From assembly GCA_020137815.1 (NCBI GenBank), contig CM035354.1:6448001-6512000 (forward strand): a stretch of 64,000 nucleotides of DNA, in the 5' to 3' direction. Under the pieces are notes generated by a model. The model searched no databases. It saw only the letters and a list, made by a program, of their open reading frames with translations, and was not told the origin of the DNA. The DNA is from Hormiphora californensis (taxonomy: Eukaryota; Animalia; Ctenophora). Of the stretch, positions 13,391 to 30,466 are shown in pieces; position 1 is the stretch's first letter; every line of letters starts with the position of its first letter. The position numbers and the translations under genes were made by a program.

Positions 13391-16300
13391 TGTTGTTGTT
13401 GTTGTATGCGCCTCCGCTTCCGGTCCTCCACTTGAGTTTTTATCCCGTCAGGCAGCCAGTTCCTCACGCCCGAGATGGACGGAGCTCAGGTTCCAGAGTT
13501 TCCTCTTTCCTCCGGGAGAGTATTCTTCCTCCGACTTATGTCCATGGATTTAGAGATAAGGGTGGAATCGTCTCCCATAACTGTCTTGACAGGTCTCATG
13601 AAACAGGACCGCACCAGCACTGTTTTCACATTGTGCCAGTCTCGGATATCTCCAGCGATCCCTGGTGAGTGGTGTCTCAGCATTGATCGCTTTCGATGTG
13701 GCCTTGGCTAGGACAATTCGGACGCTCCATTGACTATGGCACCTTTGTAGATTTTGCGCTGCCAACCTCTGATTTGTAATCAGTACTCCATGTGGGTTCA
13801 TGGAACATCACTTTTTGTTCATGATGCAGATGCAGCGTCCGGCCGTTCATGGGGTAGTTAGGGCAGGTTCCTTCCCAAAACGGAACTCTGGCTTGTGGAA
13901 AGTTTAGTGGGTTCGGTATCTATGTGCGTCACTCATAGAAATTTGTTTTATTGTGTGAGATAGTGGTTTGAGTTGTGGAGGGTTATCTGAAGAGTTTGCT
14001 TTTATGTATTAATTGGGTGAATTTGTTCCAGTCAAGGTTCTCGTCTCCATAGATTTCCTCGACCACATTTTGGTAGTTTAGTCTGTATCTAACCTCATCA
14101 AGTCTGGGGCAGTATATGATGACATGTTCTGAGTTCTCTTTCGCGTTGCAGAGGTCGCATTTTGGGCTAATTTTTGTATCTTGGTGGTGTTGGGAGGCCG
14201 CGAGGTTGTTTTGGCCCGAGATTGCTAGTGTTAATTCTCTGAGCAGAATTTTATCAGTGACTTTGATGGGATTTTGTATTAGCTCTTTTACTATGGCGGT
14301 TGTGAATCTGTTGTATTTCTTGTTTATCAGGTTCGTCGTGTTTCTTGTTTTTAGATATTCTTTGATCTTGTTTTTGATCTGGGAGGTATTTAATCCTATG
14401 CCATTTTGAGTGCTTGGGCTCGCTGCCGCTGCTTCTTTTGCCAGCTTGTCTGCTTTTTCATTTCCTGCGATGTTGGCGTGAGCTTTGACTTTTTCTATTG
14501 TTAATGTGTTTGATTTTTGAAGCTCGTGTAATTTTGATATCGTTCTGGTTAATTGTTTGGAACAACTTAGCTTCCCAAAAATTCTGTTTATCGTGGTTTG
14601 TGAGTCTGACTTGATTATTATGTTATGGTTGGTAATTTTTTTGTTGAGGAGGTGGTCGGCTACTATTTCGATAGCCTTGAGTTCGGCTTGGTTAATAGTG
14701 TTTTCTGGTGCAAGGGGATATTTGAGTTCGCATACCTCTTCGGGGAAGTATATTGCTGCGCCTGCTCCCGTAATTTGCTTGAAAGGCTTTTTGGTTTTGA
14801 TTACCGATCCATCGGTGTATGCCACTATTTCTTTCCATTGGGGGTAAGGTATTCCTTGGATCATGTTAATCGGAACTGGAGCTGAGTTGTCTATATTTTC
14901 TGTGGTTATTCCTATCTCTTGTAGCAGTTTTGTCATCTCTTTCGCGTGGGTGGGGAAGGCTCTCTTTCCATGGTTCTGATCGGGGAGCCATCTGTTGTTT
15001 GTTAAAAGGTGGAGAAATTCTGCTACCAAGGTCTTTATGATGTGGTTATCTGCTGGGGCTGTCCCTGCCAGGGTGTGCATTACTATGGGTTGGGTTTTGC
15101 TGTGTGCACCTGTGATGATTCTTAGCGCGTGGTTTTGGGCAGCTTGGACTTTTTCGTATAATGCTTTATTGTTTAGTAATCGGTGACCCCATAATGTTGC
15201 CGCATAGGTGAGTTGGGGCATGATTAGCTGATTGTGTATGAATCGTGCTTTAGCAATGTTCATTCCCCAGTGTTGGGCGAAGTTTCTTCTTAGTGGTCCT
15301 GCTATAGCTTTCATTGCTGCTATTTTTGTGCTGACGTGTTTTTTGTAGCTTAGATGTGAGTCTAATATGACTCCTAGGTAAGTAGCTTCTGTTTTGATAG
15401 GATAGTCTGTTCCTTGAACTGTTATTTTTTGGAGTTTGTGTCTTTGGGTGGGGTTGTGGAATACTACTATGTTGGTTTTGGTTTCGCTAAGGTTTAGGCC
15501 TTGTCCTATTGCCCATTTCTTTATGATGTCGATTTGATTTTCTATGAAATTTTTCATTGTGTATTTTAGGTCTAGTCCTGTGATGATAATTGCTATGTCA
15601 TCTGCGTATATGATGATTGCGTTTTTCCTTATCTTGGGTATTTTTAGGAGTGATTCTATGCAAAGGTTCCATAGGAGAGGAGATAGTATGCCCCCTTGAG
15701 GAATGCCTCTCTCTATTTTCCATGTAATCCTTTCACCACCATGAGAGAGAATTATGTGTCTGTTCCTGAGACATGTTGAAATCCAGTTGCAAATTATTTC
15801 CGGTATATCTGAGCCGTCTAGTCCTTTTTCTAACGCATGGAAATGTACCCGGTCGAAAGCTCCTTCGATGTCGAGAAAGGCTCCTAGAGCATACTGACTG
15901 TTTGCCATTGAGTCTTCTATTTTGTTTGATAGTTCGTTTGCTGCCGTAATTGTGGATTTCCCACTTATAAATCCATGTTGGTTTTTGAAGAGTTTAGCGT
16001 TTATGTTCCTTTCTTCCTGGAGATAGATGAGGATTGTCCGTTCCATAAGTTTTAGTACGTGGGATGTTAGGCTTATGATGCGGTAGCTCTTCGCTTGTGT
16101 GTAATCTTTTTTTCCGGGTTTTGCGATGATGATCCCCTTGCACATGGACCATGCCTCCGGGATATGGTTGTATTGTAGTGATTGTTGCATAATGTCTTTA
16201 AGTGGCTGTTTTAGAAGGTTCCATCCCATTGTGATCATTTCATTTCTTATATCGTCTGGTCCTGGGCTTTTCGCCTTTTTGAGAGCTTTCATTGCTTTTT

Positions 16301-16410
16301 CTAGGAATTTATCGGTGATAATCTCTTCTGCTTTGACTTTTGTGGTTTTGGTTTGGGGGTGGTTCTTTTTCCTTTCTTCCCTCGGGACATGTGTCCTTCC
16401 CATTGTTTTG
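13391..16410 (-). mobile_element. 5'-truncated non-LTR retrotransposon (I group, Loa/Lian-like) with (CAA)n tail
   Basis: 10-bp TSD AGTTCCTAGT at 13381-13390 and 16411-16420; tail (TTG)n on + strand 13391-13405; ~580 nt 3' UTR; no endonuclease domain retained. Confidence 0.93.
13983..16403 (-). CDS. LINE ORF2 remnant: reverse transcriptase + RNase H + C-terminal CCHC knuckle
   Basis: KSPGPD, YRIISL, QHGF, FLDIEGAFD, GIPQGGILSP, YADD, YLGV; RNase H YTDGS...AEL...SDS...VKAH...GNEKADKLA; CDLC...EHVIIYCP. Confidence 0.95.
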   Translation of the reverse strand: MGRTHVPREERKKNHPQTKTTKVKAEEIITDKFLEKAMKALKKAKSPGPDDIRNEMITMGWNLLKQPLKDIMQQSLQYNHIPEAWSMCKGIIIAKPGKKDYTQAKSYRIISLTSHVLKLMERTILIYLQEERNINAKLFKNQHGFISGKSTITAANELSNKIEDSMANSQYALGAFLDIEGAFDRVHFHALEKGLDGSDIPEIICNWISTCLRNRHIILSHGGERITWKIERGIPQGGILSPLLWNLCIESLLKIPKIRKNAIIIYADDIAIIITGLDLKYTMKNFIENQIDIIKKWAIGQGLNLSETKTNIVVFHNPTQRHKLQKITVQGTDYPIKTEATYLGVILDSHLSYKKHVSTKIAAMKAIAGPLRRNFAQHWGMNIAKARFIHNQLIMPQLTYAATLWGHRLLNNKALYEKVQAAQNHALRIITGAHSKTQPIVMHTLAGTAPADNHIIKTLVAEFLHLLTNNRWLPDQNHGKRAFPTHAKEMTKLLQEIGITTENIDNSAPVPINMIQGIPYPQWKEIVAYTDGSVIKTKKPFKQITGAGAAIYFPEEVCELKYPLAPENTINQAELKAIEIVADHLLNKKITNHNIIIKSDSQTTINRIFGKLSCSKQLTRTISKLHELQKSNTLTIEKVKAHANIAGNEKADKLAKEAAAASPSTQNGIGLNTSQIKNKIKEYLKTRNTTNLINKKYNRFTTAIVKELIQNPIKVTDKILLRELTLAISGQNNLAASQHHQDTKISPKCDLCNAKENSEHVIIYCPRLDEVRYRLNYQNVVEEIYGDENLDWNKFTQLIHKSKLFR

Positions 16411-16426
16411 AGTTCCTAGTGATAAA

Positions 16427-16732
16427 ATGATCCGAACCTGCCTGCTCCTCACCATTCTCCTTGGAGTGTGTCTGTCTATCCAATGCTATAGTGGAGCCAC
16501 AAATGATGGTGTTGGTGATGCGATGAAGGAAGACTGTACCAGCTTATTTAGTAGCTGCAGTAGAGGAACCGTGAACGGGATTACTACTTACTCGTGTGGT
16601 AAATGCAGCGACCTCATGCTCCTAGAAGACTGTAAGGATTGCTCCTCCGACCTCTGCAATGCAAATGGTGGCACCTCTGCTCTCCCAGCACTGGCGGTCA
16701 TTATTTCTTCCATTTTGTTGTGTATGTTCTAA
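16427..16732 (+). CDS. Ly6/uPAR (three-finger) family protein, copy 3
   Basis: Close paralog of copy 2 including 3' UTR. Its upstream region (to 13390) is displaced by the LINE. Confidence 0.88.
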   Translation: MIRTCLLLTILLGVCLSIQCYSGATNDGVGDAMKEDCTSLFSSCSRGTVNGITTYSCGKCSDLMLLEDCKDCSSDLCNANGGTSALPALAVIISSILLCMF

Positions 16733-16952
16733 ATAGAGCAGAGAAGAAAGTGTAAACTGCATGATAGAGACAGAAGACTGTGAAGTTAGTTAGTTCATCG
16801 AGTTATAATGAAAATATAATAGGAAAAGATAGCATGCTTTCTGTAAAAAACCCCATATACAATGTAATAGTGATTTAATTGAATCTTAAATTCTTGATCT
16901 GTAGTTTATATTAATCTTTAAACGAAAATCCTAGCCTTGTATTTTACTATTA

Positions 16953-17000
16953 CAGTCAAACCTCGATTTAATGGACCTCGCTTTACCGGAAATTGCGAGT
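16953..17000. mobile_element. Solo pogo/Tigger-like TIR
   Basis: TA|CAGTCAAACCTCGATTTAATGG resembles CAGTCGGACCCCGATTTAACGG. No partner end seen. Confidence 0.45.
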
Positions 17001-17456
17001 ACTGCATGTTTTTAAGTGACTGAAAGTGCTGAAATTGACAAACTTTTTGATATCTTGACTTGAAATTGTAGGACAAAGTAAAAGGGCTTCCATTTGTTTT
17101 ACTAAAATTTCAGCAGATTGCAAAATTAGATGTTCCTGAATGACCCATGAGCCAAAAATTCCCCCTAACTTTTAAGCCATTTTAACGTATCCATGATTTG
17201 CATGAGTTGCCTGACACTGTGTTCGTGCTCCCGGCTCCGCACGGATTTTTAGAATAAAAAGAAAGTATGAACGGGGGGGGATCACCCCCTAAATGCGAGG
17301 ATAAGAGCGGCTGTGTAAAGTCTGTGTAACAGTAAAGTCTGTGTAAACGCTGTGTAAATACTGGATTTTTTTAGGGATCCCTATGAGTGGTTGTTTTGTT
17401 TGGCAAACGCTGCTGGCCCCGATAGGTTCTGCGCCATGCGCAGCGCGGGATAAGGC

Positions 17457-17893
17457 TGAATCGTTTCTTTTGATTTTGGTGCTGCTTATACAGGTTCGTG
17501 ATGGGCACCTTCAGGTAGGGGCGTTTGGATGGAAAACCCGTACATCCATGAAACTGGCCTGCATGTCAGACCACAGGCCACGACAGACTATGTCCATTCG
17601 TGCTTCAGCTTTGATATTTGCACTGATTGGCAAGTTGAATCCATCACAGGGCAACATTGGTTGTTCAGTGTTAACGGGTTCAAATGATAAATCCCGCGTA
17701 CTGGAGGATGTCGGCTAGGGTATCCCGAAGGTGGTCGTGTCTCCACATGTCAAAGCCTCCAACCTTGCAGATCAAGGCGTGGTCACTGCTGTTTTGTGCC
17801 CCACAACCGCATTTCCCGATCAGGTCTGGGAAGTAGAAGCCGTATCTGAGCCGAATGGCATCGACAAACTCAAGATGGTTGAGCTCATGACCG
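17457..17893 (-). mobile_element. Degenerate fragment of a CRE-type non-LTR retrotransposon (zinc knuckle + restriction-like endonuclease)
   Basis: Manual translation EFVDAIRLRYG..CGCG..DHALICKVGG..RHDHLRD..(fs)..EQPMLP..SAN..EARMDIVCRGLW..SFMDVRVFHPNAP..(fs)..LYKQHQNQKKR. Confidence 0.8.
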
Positions 17894-18236
17894 AGCGCTT
17901 TTCATTTTTCAATTTGGCAAACGTTGCTGGCGCGGGATAAGGCAGCGCTTTTCAACTTTTCAATTGTTTTGTTTGCCGTTTGGTAAAAACCAGAAAACTT
18001 AAGCAAAGTGGCGAAACGAAACCTGGAAAACTGAAATCGTCACAAAACTCGTCAAAAAAAGAACAATAAATTATAATAAATTACCCACACACCGTCATAC
18101 TCTCATACTCCCTCTCTCTGCTCACTTGTCTCGAAAATCTACATCTTCCACACTGACTGGGACAACCCTTCTATTCTCTTGGTGCCCCGAACCAGAAAAC
18201 TTGGCATACGTTGCAGGCCCCTTATAATATAATATA

Positions 18237-19514
18237 AGGGGCCTGGAGGGAATACCGCGCTGGGGGGGAATACATAATCAATCATATCTCCGGTTTCAGA
18301 TAAGGTACAGAAATCGTTTTGGTAGCGTTGGAAAGAGGAAGATAACAGCTTTCAAATGCAACCGGTTTCAGGTCTCTATCTTATCAGGAACAGGAGATAT
18401 GAACCAAACTCCGCAAAATCGAGTGCGGTAAAATAAAAAATTCGAGATTTTAAACAAAGTTTTGAAACAAAGTGTCCCTGCAGGGATCTGTGACGTCACT
18501 TTTTGAAAACAACCCATCTTTGAACGGTTATTGCTCAGCCTCCTGAAGTCCAATTAACTCCTCTCAAAAACAGCAAGGTAGATAATTGTCAGATCTAACA
18601 GCTAGTGAAAAAATCAAGTCAAACGGACTTCAGGGGCCAAAGTTATAAGCACCGCCGTTTTTTCGCTCGCAAAGTTATCTTCGACCCAGCCGAGCCCGTC
18701 CTGAGCTCAGGCCAAACGCGCGCGCGGCATTCCCTTCAGTCCCCTCGTTGCGGGGGTGCGCGCATGAGGGGGCTGCAGCGCATTCCAACCAGAAAACGCG
18801 ATGATGCGCGATGAAAACTTATTTTGATAATTTTTTGAAAACTTAACCGCGCTGCAATGTTTTTTACGCATGTTAACTTTTACAAATTCGCGCGTTACGT
18901 TTAAAACGAATCGCGGCCGCGCGACAGCGTGTGATGAAGCTGAATTGAATAGAAGGCTCTGTTCGTGCGTGTGGGGAAAACGTTTGGAATGCGCTGCAGC
19001 CCCCTCATGCGCGCACCCCCGCAACGAGGGGACTGGAGGGAATGCCGCGCGCGCGTTTGGCCTGATCCCGGCTGGGTCGAAGATAACTTTGCGGTCGAAA
19101 AAACGGCGGTGCTTATAACTTTGGCTCCTGAAGTCCGTTTGACTTGATTCTTTCACCAGTTGTTAGATCTGACGATTATCTACCTTGCTGTTTTTGAGAG
19201 AAGTTAATTGGACTTAAGGAGGCTGAGCAATAGCCGTTGGAAGATGGGTTGTTTTCAAAAAGTGACGTCACAGATTCTTGCAGGGACACCTTTTTTAAAA
19301 TTTCATTCAAATTTTGATTTTACCGCACTCGATTTTGCGGAGTTTGGTTCATATCTCCTGTTCCTGATAAGATAGAGACCTGAAACCGGTTGCATTTGAA
19401 AGCTGCTATCTTCCTCTTTCCAACGCTACCAAAACGATTTCTGTACCTTATCTGGAACCGGAGATATGATTGATTATGTATTCCCCCCCAGCGCGGTATT
19501 CCCTCCAGGCCCCT
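18237..19514. mobile_element. ~1.28 kb fold-back non-autonomous DNA transposon flanked by TATA
   Basis: TATA|AGGGGCCTGGAGGGAATACCGCG ... CGCGGTATTCCCTCCAGGCCCCT|TATA; inverted arms over 500 bp. Confidence 0.88.
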
Positions 19515-19518
19515 TATA

Positions 19519-20717
19519 CAGGGTGTCCCACTGTCTTTGCGTGACCTGTGATTTTGGGTGATGAGTGGGTTCCATTCAAATGCTCATAACTCATCGAAAA
19601 ATAGGTCAAAACGGCCCATCCAAAAACAGTGTTGTAGAGAATTGTCAGGCAAACATTTTGGTACAAGATTAATGTTCCAAGTCTTACCGATCGTCAGATA
19701 TATCGTCTTAAAGTCAAAAATACGTGTTCATGAAATCCGATCGGGGTTCACGTTTTGAAAAATTCACAAATGCAAAGTTGCTCGGATCACATTGCATCCC
19801 TCATAAGAGATGTAGGAAATTGTCTGGCGGTCATTTTGGTACCCGAGTTTTTGTCCTAGTTCAATGTTTAGGGTGTCTTATGACTGTCTAAAGACGAAAT
19901 TCAACCAAAATTTTTGTGGGGATCAGGTGTCATCAACAAGTGGGTAAAATGAGTTGAAAATTATATGAGCTTGATTGGAATCGTTCAAGGTTCATTTTGA
20001 TACCATGATTTTTTCCTTAGCTCTACGTTTTAGTTGCGTTATGACTGTAGGAACATGAAGATTTTTCTATGCTGAGTCTTAGTTGGTATCGGCTCACAAC
20101 CCCTAATTAGGTGGTTTGGTGTCGTGTGTAATCCCATGATAATCAGCACATATCGTCTCAATATCATCTAGACACTTGACAGGGTTGTTATGACGATTTG
20201 GCAAGGCCCCTGTTAATGTGTAGGATACACAAGTGGCCTATCTCAACCCTATCATGCACTAAGATGTTATTCAGACAGCAATGAGCTTCATAACAGGGCA
20301 AAATGCAATGCGATACCTGAGACCACTTTTGAGAAAATTCCAGTTCTGACAGTCATAAGACATTCTAAACATTGAGCTAAGACAAAAACTCGGGTACCAA
20401 AATGACCGCCAGACAATTTCTTACAACTCTTATGAGGGATGCAATGTGATCCGAGCAACTTTGCATTTGTGAATTTTTCAAAACGTGAACCCCGGTCGGA
20501 TTTCATGAACACGTATTTTTGACTTTAAGACGATATATCTGACGATTGGTAAGACTTGGAACATTAATCTTGTACCAAAATGTTTGCCTGACAATTCTCT
20601 ACAACACTGTTTTTGGATGGGCCGTTTTGACCTATTTTTCGATGAGTTATGAGCATTTGAATGGAACCCACTCATCACCCAAAATCACAGGTCACGCAAA
20701 GACAGTGGGACACCCTG
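19519..20717. mobile_element. Tc1/mariner-type MITE with ~370 bp TIRs
   Basis: TA|CAGGGTGTCCCACTGTC ... GACAGTGGGACACCCTG|TA. Confidence 0.9.
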
Positions 20718-21519
20718 TATTATATTATAAGGGGCCTGCAACGTATGCCAAGGAAAACGTTAAAATCTGGGTGCCTTTCATTGCTAACAATTCGTAGTTT
20801 TGGCGCGCGCGACGGGTTAGGGCTATCCGTTAGGGTCTGGTTAGGGTTTGGTTTGGGGTTATCGGTTAGGGCTATCGATTCTCTGACTGATACCGTTTAG
20901 TTTACTCAAATCGGCCGTGTGGTTCCATGGCTATAGCCGTTTGAAAAAAGTCGGTCTAAGTATACTCTTTTGGTAGCGCGCACCTGTAAACAGGCTGCAA
21001 GGCACCCAGATTATAATCGCGCCCTGCGTGTGGCCGGATTTTTTTTGCTTTTTCTGTTCGTGGTTGAAAAGCGCTCCCTTATCCCGCGCTACGCCAGCAA
21101 CGTTTGCCAAGTGGCCATGGTAATTTTTTGCAAAAGAAGGTGAAAAGCAGGAAGAAATCGTCCGTTTGTCTCATGAGGGCCGAGGCCTCATGAGTTAATC
21201 ATGAGCCATGAGGTGTCCGAAAAGTGATGCCTATCGGTGTTGGGGTACTATATTTTTCCCTGCCCTGATTCATTTTTGCTTTGCAAAAAGGCATAGCAGG
21301 GTTAGAATTCGAAAATGAGGGGCCCGCTGAAAACTTGATTTGATACTAGCGGTGCTCCGTGCTCCGTGCTACGTGCTACGTGCGGATACCTGCACGCTTT
21401 TATGCCGAAAATGTTCATAGATTTGTCATCGCACAGCGCACCCTACGTCATTGTATGGTGTACAATTATGCACTCGTGACAGAATGAGTGGTGACACGAA
21501 CGAACACGACACAAACGAC

Positions 21520-21823
21520 CAGGGGTGTAGGAACGGGGGGGGGGGGGGGCGAGGGCCCCCCCCCCCCCCCCCACTTTTGGCCAGGTTCGCCCCCCTCACT
21601 TCTGTCACCAACAGTCAAAACTCACTCCCAAATGACGAAATCATGACTTTTTGGCTCAAAACCCTAAAAATTTTCTCGGGCTCCGCCCGATGCATGGTAA
21701 ATGCAATGGAATATGTGACTAAATCTTCCTCACAAAAAGTTTTCTTGGGCGCTGGCCAGCGCTGTAATTGGTCATGTGACTTCGCCCCCCCCCCTCACTT
21801 GAAAAATCATTCCTACACCCCTG
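21520..21823. mobile_element. hAT-type MITE, copy 1
   Basis: 8-bp TSD CAAACGAC; TIR CAGGGGTGTAGGAA. Confidence 0.9.
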
Positions 21824-22660
21824 CAAACGACTAATACTATTGCTAGGAATCTCATGGCTTTGCAAATGGAGGCCAATTAGATCAGCTTTGTCAGCTCACG
21901 TATCAGTGCACAATTAGAAGCAGGCGTGGCACATTCCAGATCACATGTCTGCTAGTATTGAACAAATGCTATTAAATTTTTTAATCCTTGAAGTTGTGCA
22001 GGGAAATACAACTCTATGGATACATAGTGCAAATATTCTTGTCGGATTTTCAATTTTGTGTACAGCAGAAAATCACTGCCTTATCCCTCACATTATTCCA
22101 AATTTTGGGGTGTCAGGTTTACGGCTGATGAGTTCGATCTGAGTCTTGGTTTATGGTGAGTGTCCACGTTTACCATCTTAGTGGACGGAGGGTCTCGGTC
22201 TTTCCGGGTCTCGGTCTCGGTCTTTCCGGATCTCTTGGTGTTAGGCGGTTTTTGTTGTGGTTGCGTTTAGGTTTGGAGGGACGTTGTTGGTTGATGTTGA
22301 GTTTGGTTGGTGTTGCAGGGTTTGTCTCGGTTCTTTGGGTTTGGTCTGGCAGCATGTTTCATGTTCTCAACTATGCCAAACGACTGTGGCACCCTGAGAT
22401 CGTGCTGGCAACCCTTTGCAATGCATTGAGCGTTTCGTTTTTTCCTCTTTGATCGGGCCATTTACTCAAACTCATAGCCCTGGCTTCGGACGCATTTGGT
22501 CGGCAGTTGAAGTTAAAATTTGGGTGAAAAGAGTGGCAAAACTGAGTGGCACTGAGACCTGAACATTTAAACCAAATAGAGACACTCATTCAAATACCAT
22601 TACTAACATAAATTATACAGGAAAAAGAATGATTTTACGAAAGGTTTAACTATGACATAA

Positions 22661-29600
<6,940 letters not shown>

Positions 29601-30466
29601 ATTCTATAGCAGAGTCAAGACTAGAAACATGAACGGGACTGGAAAAACCGACCTGTCCCAATTCCCATTTCCTAATGTTACACCCAAGTATTTTCAGAAC
29701 ATAAATCCAAGAAAGTTTAGTTGATAGAAAGTTCCGTAAAAACCTATTGATCCTATTCATCATACACCCCTACTTACTCTGTACAGTGGTCACAGCTTTG
29801 TGGAAAGGAAGAGAGAGAGTGAGAGAAACTTAAGAATATATGGGACTTTAATATTGTTGTTGTAGCCGTGATAAAACAGTGTTGTAAGAGATATAGAGGC
29901 CAAGGACACTTGACCTGCGCTTATGTACGACCTATATCATGTTATACATAGAGATCTGATTCTCCATATATTATGATCATGTGTGTGCTGATCTATGAGT
30001 TGTATATTGTTTTGAAGATGATGCATCTCATTTCGTTGGAACGCGCGGGGCAAGATTTTGTATTGCGTGAAAAAGTGTCAGCAGTCACTATGATTCTCGG
30101 TCCCAAACTTGAGCCTCGCCCAGTCTCATTTTCGAAGGAAAACAGGGCTCCCAGACTAAACGATAGTGAAACATTGCACTAGTTAAGTGTGATACAAACC
30201 GTATCAGGTGGCAAACAGGAAGCCGAGGGTAAACGGTATCGAGTTTCAGTTTTCTACACTGAACTGCGCACGGACTGCTGTGCATTTTGGCGCGTCCTCG
30301 CAAATCTTGCTCCGCGCCCTCCGTAAACGGTGCGGCTGATAATAGTGCTCTGTGCAAAATTACCGAAAAAGCTTCAGACAGACGGAAGACACATTCATTT
30401 TCTCATAATAAACTCTGTCAAATTGTATTAAAAAGATAATGTTAGCACGAAAAAAAATAAGACAGT

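Noticed and set aside
14116-16419. Plus-strand hydrophobic ORFs
   Set aside because: Antisense shadows of the A-rich LINE ORF.
19558-20678. Near-identical 66-aa ORFs on opposite strands
   Set aside because: Produced by the MITE's inverted arms; no transposase motifs.
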